Shown piece after piece: positions 53,793 to 64,000 of a DNA stretch of 64,000 nt. Source of the DNA: a virus; the IMG/VR virus record IMGVR_UViG_3300025000_000061, positions 64,001 to 128,000 of that record, one strand, 5' to 3'. Made by a program: the position numbers and the translations under genes. The notes under the pieces are model-generated. The model was not told where the DNA came from. It did not search any database and saw only the letters and a list, made by a program, of their open reading frames with translations. Every line of letters begins with the position of its first letter. The stretch's first letter is position 1.

Positions 53793-55680
53793 ATGGAAAA
53801 TATAACTTTAAAAATTGCAATAGAATCCTACAAATTTGGATTTAATACTACATATGATGGAGATAATCATACTGTCTTATTTGGAACAGAATGTAATCAT
53901 TGTGGTAATTATTTTGAGTATGGTAAAATGGATTATTATTGTCCTAAATGCAGATATGAAAAAGAAGGAATAAAAGGAGTAAATTAATCATGATGCCAGA
54001 AAAATGTCCGTACTATTCAAATTTTAAATGTCCATATGTTGGAATAGTATTTTGTTCTTCACCATGTTTTGATTGTTATGTAGGTGAATTATTATCTAGT
54101 AATGTAGGGATAGATATAGAAAGTGGAGAAATCAAATAATATTAAATAATTAATAATAAAAACTAAATAATAAAAAGGAGAAATGTAATATGAAACATTA
54201 TTCTTGTCCTGTTTGCAATATTATTTCTAGTGAAAAATTGTGGAATGAATCTACAGTAAATAAATATGGATGTGATATTGGATTAATTCAGACAGAAGAA
54301 AAAGATGAATTATTATATGTTTGTCCAGAATGTAGAGAAATAAGTGATGGGTATAAGATTAATTTTGTGTATGAAGATGAATAATAATATAAATAAAATA
54401 AATAAAAGGAGAATAATTAATCATGTATGCAGATAATGAATTTCTTACTGCTTTAACTAACAAGTTATTGGAATTGGCAGATGAAACTACTGATATTCAA
54501 ACAGAGCAAGAATTAAGAAATATGGCAGAATTAGCAATTAATACTTGTGTAATACAGAAAGGGTAAAATAAATATGCTAACAAAACCAAACTTAGGATGG
54601 ACACATCTCCAACTAGATAATTTTTCAGAAAGAGCAAGTTATTTAACTGATGTTCCTAATGACTGTTTAGATTCTTTTATTTATGGTTTAAAAAATAATG
54701 TTCCTATTGCTATTTATTTTGATGCAGAAGGTTATGATTATCATTTAGTTTCTTCATGGAATAGCAGTTATATTATAATGGATAAAATAAATGCAACTAT
54801 TACAATTGATAAAAACATAGAAGAATTAGCAAAAGAATTAATAGATGATATTGAAAATAATTTTGAAGATTGGTTAAATTGGGAATGCTATGATGATGGT
54901 GAGTATGTAGAAACTAATAGAGATGTATTTAAGGAAAAGTTAAGTATATTAAGGTTTGAATTGAACAAAAGAAAATAAGAAAGGAGATTAACTATGGCAA
55001 AATTACACAAATTAGAATTATATATCATAGATTACAATGATAATTATAAAAATTTAGAAGAAATAATACAGGATATAGATAATTCTATAGATTGTAGTAT
55101 TAATCATTTTAATGCACAAGAAGTAAAAATAAATTGGCATGATGAAATAGATTTAAATTATAGTAATTGCCCTGTTGATAATTTTAGAAATTATTTTGAA
55201 GGAAATGAAAATATATTTAAAGAAGAAAAATGTATATACAAAGAAGAATTAATTGTAAATACTAAAGATTGGGCATGTGAATTAATGAAAAATAATAGAT
55301 GTTTTATTGGAGAATGGGATGATTTTTATTTAGGTGATAATAATTATTGGCATTTTGATGGTGAATGGTGCTGTGAATATTTTAATCCAGAAGCAGATTG
55401 TTGTAGACCAAAAAAAGAATAATATTATAAGAATAGAAAATAAATCTTGACATTTTATTAATAGAATGATAAAATAACATTAGTTTTAAAGGAGGTGATT
55501 ATTATACCAGATATTTCGATGTGTGACAATGATAAATGTGAAAAATCATTAGATTGTCTTAGATTTTTAGCAGAACCAAGTAAATATCAGAGTTATATTT
55601 GTGGGATAGAAAGTATTTGTAATAAAGAAAATGGATTTGAGTATTTTTTAGAGGTAAAGAGGTTGAGTAAAGTTGTTTAG
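53793..55680 (+). CDS. Small hypothetical, often Cys-rich genes (53793-53987, 54190-54384, 54423-54566, 54574-54978, 54994-55422, 55504-55680 ATA start)
   Basis: RBS-led ORFs. Confidence 0.65.
55447..55475 (+). promoter_or_regulatory. Sigma-A promoter for the nrdJ-HNH-dut unit
   Basis: TTGACA-17-TAAAAT, AGAATGA. Confidence 0.8.
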
Positions 55681-55737
55681 GTAATAGGATAAATAGAATA
55701 ATAAAATAAATATAAAATAAGGAGGGTTTTATTCAAA

Positions 55738-58050
55738 TTGAAAGTTATTAAAAGAAATGGAGCAATAATTGAATTTGATGAAAATAGAATTATTGATGCA
55801 ATTGAAAATGCCATGAGAGAAACAAAGATTGGATTAGACATTGAGATAAGTAAATTAGTTGCTAAACAAATTAAAAACCAAAATATAGATATTATTCAAG
55901 TTGAGAAAATACAAGATATGGTAGAAGAATTTCTTATGGATACAAATAGAAAAGATGTAGCAAAGAGATACATATTATATAGAGAAAATAGAAATAAAAA
56001 AAGAAAAGTTAATAAAAATTATAATGGATTATTAAGTGAAGAATTTATAAGTAAATATAAACATAAACCATCTCCAATGAATCAATTAGGTAATTTTGTT
56101 TATTATAGAACTTATTCTAGATGGTTGCCAGAAGAACAAAGAAGAGAGTATTGGTGGGAAACTGTAAAAAGAGCAGTTGAATATAATTGTAGTCTTGTAC
56201 CTACTACTAAAGAAGAAGCAGAAAAACTATATGATAATATATTTAATTTACGTCAATTTTTAAGTGGAAGAACATTTTGGGTTGGTGGCACAAAAGTAGC
56301 ACAAAAATATCCATGTGCAAATTTTAATTGTGCATTTGTAATATTAGATAACATTAAAGCATTTGAAGAATTATTTTATTTACTAATGGTTGGAACAGGA
56401 GTAGGAGTAAGAGTATTAAAATCAGATGTAAATAAATTACCAAGAATTAATAATAATATAGAAATTGTACATAAAGAATATAATCCATTATCTAAAAATA
56501 AAAGAGAAGATAATACTTCACTAGAATTTAAAAAAGATATTGCAAAAATTATCATTGGTGATTCAAAAGAGGGTTGGAGTAGAGCATTATTTTATTATAT
56601 GGATATATTAACCAATAATTATTATGAAAATATTAAATTAATTATTTTTGATTATGACAATGTAAGACCAAAAGGAGAAAGATTAAAAACATTTGGAGGC
56701 ACTGCTTCTGGACATGAAAGTATTAAAAATATGTTTAAAAAGATACATATAATTGTTTGTAATTCAAATAAAAAGTTAACTCCTTTAAATTGTTTAGATA
56801 TTGCAAATATAATTGGAGAAAATGTAGTTGTTGGAGGAGTAAGGCGTACAGCAGAAAATGGTTTGATTGATCATAATGATGATGAAGTAATAAATGCAAA
56901 AAATAATTTATATATACAATTAGATGGACAATGGATTGAAAATAAAGAAATATCTCATAGAAAAATGAGTAATAATTCAATATTTTATACTGAAAAACCC
57001 ACAAGAGAAAAATTACATTGGCAAATAGAAAAAATGAGATATTCAGGTGAACCTGCTTTTGCAAATGCTGTAGCAGCTTTAATAAGAAGATTTGATTTCG
57101 AAGGACTTAATCCATGCTTTGAAATTTTGTTGAGATCAAGAGGATTATGCAATTTAATAACATTAAATGTATTTGCATTTGTTTATAATGGAATATTAAA
57201 TGTGGAAGAATTATTAAAAGCACAAATATTATCAGTTAGAGCAGGTTATAGAATGACTTGTGTAAATTTAGAATTACATGAATGGGACTTAGTACAAAAA
57301 GAAGATAGATTATTAGGTTGCTCATTAACTGGTTGGCAGGATATGGTCAATGCAACAAATATGACATTAGATAAGCAAAAAGAATTATTAAAAAAACTTA
57401 AAAATATTGCCATAGAAGAATCGAAAAAATACTCTGCACAATTAAATATGAAAGAACCATTATTAGTTACCACTGTGAAACCAGAAGGGACTTTGAGTTT
57501 ATTACCAGGAGTATCAAGTGGGGTGCATTATTCTCATTCACCTTACTATATTAGAAGAATTCGTATCAATTCAAACGATCCTCTAGTAAAAGTTTGTGAA
57601 GAATTAGAATATCCAGTTTATTATGAAGATGGAGAAACAAAAGAAAATAATAATACTAAGGTAATAGAATTTCCTGTTAAAGCACCACAAGGAAAAACAA
57701 AATATGATGTATCTGCAATTGAACAATTAGAAATATATAAAATGTTTCAAGAATATTATGTTCAACACAATACCAGTATTACAGTTCATGTAAGAGATTA
57801 TGAATGGGATGATGTAGAACAATGGATATGGGATAATTGGGATAGTGTTATAGGAGTGTCCTTTATATCTTTAAATGATAGTTTTTATCCATTAATGCCA
57901 TATGAAACAATCACAGAAGAAGAATATAATAAGAGAATTAAAGAAATGAATTTATTTATACCATCATTGCTTTCAAAATATGAAAAAGAAGAAGTTGAAA
58001 TAGATATTGGTAATGAAGGTTGTGAATCAGGGGTTTGTCCAATTCGCTAA
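55738..58050 (+). CDS. nrdJ: Class II (adenosylcobalamin) ribonucleotide reductase with an N-terminal ATP cone
   Basis: VIKRNG ATP cone; YYRTYSR, NCAF, GGVRRTA, NPCFEI, VKPEGT; C-terminal CESGVCPIR. Confidence 0.93.
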   Translation: MKVIKRNGAIIEFDENRIIDAIENAMRETKIGLDIEISKLVAKQIKNQNIDIIQVEKIQDMVEEFLMDTNRKDVAKRYILYRENRNKKRKVNKNYNGLLSEEFISKYKHKPSPMNQLGNFVYYRTYSRWLPEEQRREYWWETVKRAVEYNCSLVPTTKEEAEKLYDNIFNLRQFLSGRTFWVGGTKVAQKYPCANFNCAFVILDNIKAFEELFYLLMVGTGVGVRVLKSDVNKLPRINNNIEIVHKEYNPLSKNKREDNTSLEFKKDIAKIIIGDSKEGWSRALFYYMDILTNNYYENIKLIIFDYDNVRPKGERLKTFGGTASGHESIKNMFKKIHIIVCNSNKKLTPLNCLDIANIIGENVVVGGVRRTAENGLIDHNDDEVINAKNNLYIQLDGQWIENKEISHRKMSNNSIFYTEKPTREKLHWQIEKMRYSGEPAFANAVAALIRRFDFEGLNPCFEILLRSRGLCNLITLNVFAFVYNGILNVEELLKAQILSVRAGYRMTCVNLELHEWDLVQKEDRLLGCSLTGWQDMVNATNMTLDKQKELLKKLKNIAIEESKKYSAQLNMKEPLLVTTVKPEGTLSLLPGVSSGVHYSHSPYYIRRIRINSNDPLVKVCEELEYPVYYEDGETKENNNTKVIEFPVKAPQGKTKYDVSAIEQLEIYKMFQEYYVQHNTSITVHVRDYEWDDVEQWIWDNWDSVIGVSFISLNDSFYPLMPYETITEEEYNKRIKEMNLFIPSLLSKYEKEEVEIDIGNEGCESGVCPIR

Positions 58051-58090
58051 TAATAAAATAAAAAATAATAAAATAAGAAAGGAGAATAAT

Positions 58091-59017
58091 TTGTCAGCAA
58101 AAATCAAAATTAATATAGAAGAAGTAAAAAGGGAAATGTATAATATTAAAACAATTAAAAAACTTGGTGAAATATTTAATTGTGGTAGAAATTATATGAG
58201 TAAATATCTTTTACAGAATAATTTATACGAAGAATATTGTTCAATACACAACAAACAACCAAAAACTCAAAAAGAATATTGTATTATTTGCAATTCAGAC
58301 AATCAAGTGAATAAATATAAAGGAAAACCATATTGCAAAAAACATTTTAATCATATGGTTAGATATGGTGAGGTTGTAGAAAAAACTATATATGATAAGA
58401 ATGATTATATCTTTGAAAATGATATTGTTAAAATTGTATTACGTGATAAATATCAAAATATAAATGGTTATTGTATTATTGATAAAGAAGATTATGATAA
58501 AGTTAAAAACTATAAATGGTATAAATCATATGGTTATTGTAAGACAAAAAGTATCATTAAAGATAATGGAGTTTCCATACATAATGTAATTATGGATAAT
58601 TTAGAACATATTGATGAGATAATATATGATCACAGAAATAAAGATAGATTAAATAATAAAAAAGAAAATTTAAGATTAGCCACACAACAAGAAAATACTA
58701 TGAATATGGGAATGAAAAATACAAATACTAGTGGAGTTACTGGTGTTCAACAATATAATAGAGATTCAGAATCAAAATGGGATGCAAAAATAACTTATAA
58801 ATATAAACCTATTCATTTAGGTAGATACTTAGATTTTGATGAAGCAGTTATAGCAAGATTAGAAGGTGAAGCAAAATATTTTAAAGAATATTCACCTAAT
58901 TTTAATAAAGATACAAATACTATCTGTTTAGATTATATATCATATGATAGTAAATTACATAGATACATAGAGATGTCATTAGACGGTAAAATACTTATAG
59001 ACAAAACTATAAAATAA
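58091..59017 (+). CDS. Free-standing HNH homing endonuclease with AP2-like DNA-binding domain
   Basis: TTG start after AAGGAG; HNVIM...DHRNKDRLNNKKENLR; NTSGVTGV...W.A.I...HLG.Y...EA..AR. Confidence 0.88.
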   Translation: MSAKIKINIEEVKREMYNIKTIKKLGEIFNCGRNYMSKYLLQNNLYEEYCSIHNKQPKTQKEYCIICNSDNQVNKYKGKPYCKKHFNHMVRYGEVVEKTIYDKNDYIFENDIVKIVLRDKYQNINGYCIIDKEDYDKVKNYKWYKSYGYCKTKSIIKDNGVSIHNVIMDNLEHIDEIIYDHRNKDRLNNKKENLRLATQQENTMNMGMKNTNTSGVTGVQQYNRDSESKWDAKITYKYKPIHLGRYLDFDEAVIARLEGEAKYFKEYSPNFNKDTNTICLDYISYDSKLHRYIEMSLDGKILIDKTIK

Positions 59018-59055
59018 ATAAATAAATAAATAAAAACAAAAGGAGAATAAACTAC

Positions 59056-59541
59056 ATGAATAATAAAATTAACTGTACATTAGACGATCAAAATATAACT
59101 CTTCCCAAATATGAATCAATTTGTGCTTCAGGAATGGATTTAAGAGCATGGAAATATTCAATCCCTCATTTCTTAAAAGAAACAAATGATTTCCCCGAAC
59201 AAGGTCTTGATTTATATCCAGGTGATAGAATTTTAATTAAAACAGGATTACATATTGAATTTCCACCAAATACAGAAGCACAAATTAGACCGCGTTCTGG
59301 TTTAGCATTGAAAAACGGTATTTCAATCGTTAATTCTCCTGCCACAATTGACGAAGATTATCGTGGTGACATAGGAGTTATTCTTATTAATATGGGAGAT
59401 GAACCATTTAATATTAAACAAGGCGATAGAATTGCTCAACTTGTATTCCAAGAAGTTAAAAAATATGATTTAAAAATTGTTGATAAATTATCTGAAACGG
59501 TACGTGGTCAAGGTGGTTTTGGTTCTACTTTAATTAAATAA
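59056..59541 (+). CDS. dut: Trimeric dUTPase
   Basis: GMDL, RPRSG, IDEDYRG, RIAQL, RGQGGFGST. Confidence 0.96.
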   Translation: MNNKINCTLDDQNITLPKYESICASGMDLRAWKYSIPHFLKETNDFPEQGLDLYPGDRILIKTGLHIEFPPNTEAQIRPRSGLALKNGISIVNSPATIDEDYRGDIGVILINMGDEPFNIKQGDRIAQLVFQEVKKYDLKIVDKLSETVRGQGGFGSTLIK

Positions 59542-59555
59542 TTAGATTAATAAAG

Positions 59556-59595
59556 TTTAGCAGAGGTAAACATAAATTAAAAAACCTCTGCTAAA
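59556..59595 (+). terminator. Hairpin after dut (probable terminator)
   Basis: TTTAGCAGAGGT/ACCTCTGCTAAA 12-bp stem; weak U tract. Confidence 0.55.
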
Positions 59596-59653
59596 TTACA
59601 ATAATCACTAACATTAAACAATAATAAATACAAAGAAAAATGGAAATAATATC

Positions 59654-59682
59654 TTGACAAAATATAAAAATAAATGTAAAAT
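59654..59682 (+). promoter_or_regulatory. Sigma-A promoter
   Basis: TTGACA-17-TAAAAT. Confidence 0.8.
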
Positions 59683-59709
59683 ATAAACACAAGAAAGGAC
59701 AAACTTTAA

Positions 59710-62533
59710 ATGGAAGAAAAAGAATCAAATATTTTAAACAATCAAAATAAGCCCAAAGAATTCAAATGTATCAAAGAGAAATGTTTTTTATATTTTAATA
59801 GTGACGATTACTATGAAGTTTGTCAATTAATCAGTAAATATGTGTTATTAGACAAATGTTATGGTATTAAAGAAATACCTAATAAAAAAGAAGAAGTAGC
59901 ATGTAAAATTGCAAATTTAATAAAAGAATTAGACTGTCTTAATGAATTAGAAGAATTAATTAGGATCAATCAATAATAAAATAATAATATAAAATAAAAA
60001 ATATAAAAAGGGGGATACTGATACATGATAACTACAAAAACAACTAAAGAAAACTTCATTAAAAACCTAATCAATAAATTAAATAGTGAGAATGAAGATA
60101 GAATCCATCACAATAAAAAACCAATTGATGTATGCTATATAGTATCAGTAATTGACCAACAAATAGAAAAATGTAAAGAATTTATAGACGATATTACTAA
60201 GCATACATATCACATTAACGGTTATGATGAAGATAATTCTGGAGGTTATACAAATGGTAAAATTAAAATATTAATTGAAAAATCAGACGAAGAAAAAGAA
60301 TCAGAACATTGGGCAGATGCGTATTATAATTATTGCTATTATATAGAATTCCTATATGATGAAAGACATTGGGGATATTGTGAATGTACTCCTGAAGATG
60401 AAGGATACAATGAAAAACATCAATGTTGTGGAAATGGCTGTGATTGGAATTCCCCTGCTTTTAGAATAGAAAAAATAACCGATTTAAATTATTGCACATG
60501 GGATGGTTTAGAAAAAGATTATTGGGAATATCAAGAAAATTTCGATTTAAATGAAAAAAATAAAAATAAAGAAGTAGAAAAATTTAAATTAGAGCAAGAA
60601 AAACAATATTTAAGAGATAGGATTAAAGAATTACAAGATGAATTAGATAGATTAGATAATAAAGAAAAGCAAAAAGAATATGGTAATTTAACAATAGTAA
60701 AATAATAATAGAGAAAAAACAAAGGAGAAATTATATATGTCACAATTAATCGAAACAAATACCATTAATCCTCATATTGCTATTCAAAATCCAGAAAACA
60801 TTTGCTTTAATTGTCTTCAAGAAGGAAATGTACACATAATTCATATTCCTGCACTTAATCATGGTGGTAAATTTCAATTATTTTCATCTCGTCTGCAACT
60901 CTGCCCGACATGCTACAATCTCACAAATCCTATATGGTGGAAGTTAGAAATCATAAAATCATATTCAGAATATAATATGTTGCAATTGAATTACAAATAT
61001 GAATCAGAAATATTAAATTTTATAAATCAAATGCCATTAGCAGGACAGGAATTATTCTATGCTAGATATGGAAATGGTATAAATTGCGATTTAATGCAAG
61101 GTCAAGATTGGATAGATTGTGCGTTAGATAAACTACCACATGAGAAATGTAAAGAGTATGGTTATTACTCTCTAGAAGAAAGAAAAGCATATTATGATAA
61201 ATTTCATATATGCGATAAAGTTAGAATTGTTGTTAAAGATAAAGATAATTATAAAGAATCAAGATGTCCATTTGGTGCATTTGGTAATGATGATGGAACT
61301 TCCGAAGGTCATAAACCACATCATCAATGTTATGAATGTCAAATGTTTGAAACTAGAGATAGTGAAAGTGAGATAAAAGTTATGGATAAAGAAGATTTTG
61401 AGATATATGAGTTAGAAAATAAGTTAGCATTGAAAATATTACTAAAAAAAAGAGAGGTAGATAAATTATATGACTAAATTTGAAAAATATATGAACATTC
61501 TTTTTAAAACATGTGGAAGTATATTTTTACTTTATACTATATTATATTTATTAAATTATTATCAACCAAGTAAAATAAGCATAGCATTTCATATGTTTAT
61601 CATCGGAGTATTTTGTTTATTAGCAAAATTTACAAACAATAAGAAAAATAAAAAGGAGGAGAATATTTAATATGATTAAAGTAATTGAAACCAATTTGTC
61701 TATAGATAATAATGACAATATAGCAGATCATCAATCAAGAGTAATCGAGATAGAAAGTTGGGATAGTTTCATTGAAGAAATAAAAGAATGTAAAACAGTA
61801 ATTAGAAATTCAATCTTAGGTTGCATGAGTGGTTGCACAATACCTAGAGAATCAAAAGTAGAAAATCTTAAATATGATGATAGAACATTGTCATGTGATG
61901 TTTATAATTATATAGGTATGAAAACAAAGAAATTAGTTTATAGAATTTAATTAATAAAACAATAAAATAAAAGGAGAATAAAACATGAATAAAATAATGA
62001 TACTCAAAGCAAATAGTCAAGCAATACATATGTTAGGTGATATCAGTAGAGAAAATGATGAACATATCAGAGTGCATGAAGAAACAGAAACACACTACAT
62101 AGGCAACTTCGAAGAGGGATTAGGATTTATAAATATTGAGTTTAGAAAAGAAGATTGTAGACCATTAACTGAAGAAGAGAGAAAAGAATTAAATGGTAAA
62201 TGGTATAGTATTAATGGTACTCCTTTATATAAAATTTATGTTGACGAACAAGGTGATATTATAAAAGGTAAATGTATAATGAAGAAAGGTATCATTAATA
62301 AGATTACTGATTCTGAAGGTGATAATAAACATTCTGATTGGATTGGATTTAATATAGAATTTCCAGAAGATATTGAAATAGGAGTAAGTATGATTATGTT
62401 TACTGAAAATGTTGGTTATATTACAACATCTAAAGTTACTAATGTAGAGATTATTGATAATGATTATATAATTTATACAAAGAATAGTATTTATTATATA
62501 TCATTACAAAGTTTAAACTTTGTAATCATTTAA
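59710..62533 (+). CDS. Hypothetical genes (59710-59976, 60025-60705, 60737-61477, 61470-61670, 61672-61950, 61985-62533)
   Basis: RBS-led ORFs, several Cys-rich. Confidence 0.7.
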
Positions 62534-62568
62534 AAAACTAATATAATTATAAAAGGAGGTAAATAGTT

Positions 62569-63429
62569 ATTCAATTTAATAAAGAAAACTTAATAAAATC
62601 TCCACTTAATTATGTCGGAGGCAAGTTTAAATTACTTCCTCAAATTCTACCACTATTTCCTGATAATATAGATACATTTATTGATTTATTTTGTGGTGGA
62701 GCAAATGTAGCAGTTAATGTAAAAGCAAATAAAATTATATGTAATGATATTCTTACTGAAGTAATGGTATTTTATTGTGTATGTGAAACATTCCCTCTAA
62801 AATACATAATCAACCAAACAGAATCAGTAATAGAAGAATTTAATTTATCAAAAGATAATCAAGAAGGTTATCTAAAATTAAGAAAACATTATAACGAAGG
62901 AGATAAAAATTGGAAATATTTTTATACTCTTGTGGCACATTCATTTAGTAATCAAATTAGATTTAATAATAGAAAAGAATTTAACATGCCATTTGGCAAA
63001 AGAACATTTAATTCTGTCATGAAAGATAATTTAATTAAATTTGTAGAGAGTATAAAAAATAAAAATATTGAATTTGCAAATTTAGATTTTAAAGAATTTA
63101 ACATTAATGAATTAACCAAAAATGATTTTATATTTTGTGATCCTCCATACCTAATAACTTGTGCTTCATATAATGAAAATGGTGGATGGAAAGAAAAAGA
63201 TGAAATAGACTTATTAAATCTACTTGATAAATTGTATGATAAGGGTATTAGATTTGCACTTTCTAATGTGCTTGAAAGTAAAGGTAATAGCAATGACATA
63301 TTGAAAAAGTGGGTTAAAGACAAGGGATATAATATACATAAATTGAATGTAAAGTATGGCAACGCAAATTATCAACGGAAAGATAAAAGTGATAGTACGA
63401 CATTAGAAGTATTGATTACTAATTATTAA
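62569..63429 (+). CDS. Dam/D12-family DNA adenine methyltransferase (alpha class), ATT start
   Basis: Upstream in-frame segment carries SPLNYVGGK and FIDLFCGG; downstream FNMPFG, CDPPY, SN, EVLITNY; in-frame TAA at 62560. Confidence 0.9.
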   Translation: MQFNKENLIKSPLNYVGGKFKLLPQILPLFPDNIDTFIDLFCGGANVAVNVKANKIICNDILTEVMVFYCVCETFPLKYIINQTESVIEEFNLSKDNQEGYLKLRKHYNEGDKNWKYFYTLVAHSFSNQIRFNNRKEFNMPFGKRTFNSVMKDNLIKFVESIKNKNIEFANLDFKEFNINELTKNDFIFCDPPYLITCASYNENGGWKEKDEIDLLNLLDKLYDKGIRFALSNVLESKGNSNDILKKWVKDKGYNIHKLNVKYGNANYQRKDKSDSTTLEVLITNY

Positions 63430-63453
63430 AATAAAATATAGGAGGAAAATAAA

Positions 63454-64000
63454 ACGAATATTGCAATTATAGATGCGGATTTAATAGGGAGAAAGAAACA
63501 TAGATTTCCTAATTTAGCATGTATGAAATTAAGTGGTTATTATAAAGAACAAGGACATAGAGTAAAATTAATTACTGATTATAGAAATTTATTTTCAGAA
63601 TATATAGTATCACCACAAGAACAAGAACCTAATTTTAATTTCTTAATGCTTGATGATATTAATGGAAAGAAAAATGTAAGATACTATAGAGAACAAGATA
63701 TTATATTTGATAAAATCATCATTAGTAAAGTATTCACAGATACACCAATCCCATTACAAATTAAACATTTAGATATATGTGAATATGGTGGCACAGGGTT
63801 TTACTATGATAAAGCAGAACCTTTACCTGATTATATAGAACATCATAAACCAGATTATAATCTATATGATGAATGGGTAAATGAACAAATTAATAATGGT
63901 GGTAAAAAATTAAATTATAAATATTATCTTGATTATTCGATTGGATTCACCAGTAGAGGTTGTTTTCGTAAATGTCCATTTTGTGTTAATAAAAACTATG
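63454..64000 (+). CDS. Radical SAM protein, truncated by the window end; probable ACG start
   Basis: NIAIIDAD...FPNLACMKLSGYYK; GGTG; TSRGCFRKCPFC (CxxxCxxC). Confidence 0.85.

Larger units (their letters stand above)
1..64000 (+). mobile_element. Large Firmicutes (probably clostridial) phage/prophage, early and replication region, SPbeta-like organisation
   Basis: Unidirectional dense small ORFs with AGGAGG RBSs; DnaB-primase-RecJ-DnaE order as in SPbeta yorI-yorL; phage-type nucleotide metabolism, RNA repair and DNA-modification genes; no housekeeping genes. Confidence 0.92.

Noticed and set aside
33063-58050. Introns or inteins in dnaB, dnaE, recD2 or nrdJ
   Set aside because: The ORFs are continuous and of normal length, with no intein motifs seen; the HNH lies after the nrdJ stop.
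58007-58090. Track start of the HNH overlapping the end of nrdJ
   Set aside because: The RBS AAGGAG points to TTG at 58091.
3182-63362. All minus-strand ORFs in the track, plus nested + strand 61194-61376
   Set aside because: They are low-complexity shadows of AT-rich + strand genes, lack RBSs and overlap better-supported CDSs.

Overview
A 64-kb, very AT-rich segment of a large dsDNA phage (or prophage) of a low-GC Firmicute, probably Clostridia. The host assignment rests on AGGAGG RBSs, near-consensus sigma-A promoters and DnaE-type replication. All credible genes are on the + strand. The window covers the early/replication arm: (1) an SPbeta-like replication operon (SSB-like, AAA_24/Sak4-like ATPase, DnaB, primase, RecJ, DnaE, RecD2); (2) nucleotide metabolism genes (dCMP deaminase, class II RNR, dUTPase); (3) an RNA repair pair (RNA ligase and Pnk-HD); (4) a stacked DNA-modification locus (MTase, queD-queE-queC, DUF6884, a TGT/DpdA-like protein, a Mom-like GNAT; a Dam-type MTase and a radical SAM enzyme lie at the right end); (5) a eukaryote-like DNA ligase + TARG1-type macrodomain + WGR-PARP operon; and (6) about 100 small hypothetical genes. 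No structural genes, tRNAs, CRISPR or integrase are seen. The most striking unannotated structure is a family of about 18 intergenic 28-bp imperfect palindromes with dif/Xer-like 11-6-11 geometry. They sit at gene boundaries, mostly just after a stop codon or after an adjoining accessory motif, and delimit single-gene cassettes. Many abut either a pair of NrdR-box-like palindromes (31-32 bp period) or a 23-bp AAACCCTT-type palindrome. This suggests an integron/pdif-like cassette system in a phage; that interpretation is inference, as no recombinase lies in the window. About ten genes appear to start at non-canonical ATA/ATT/ACG codons.
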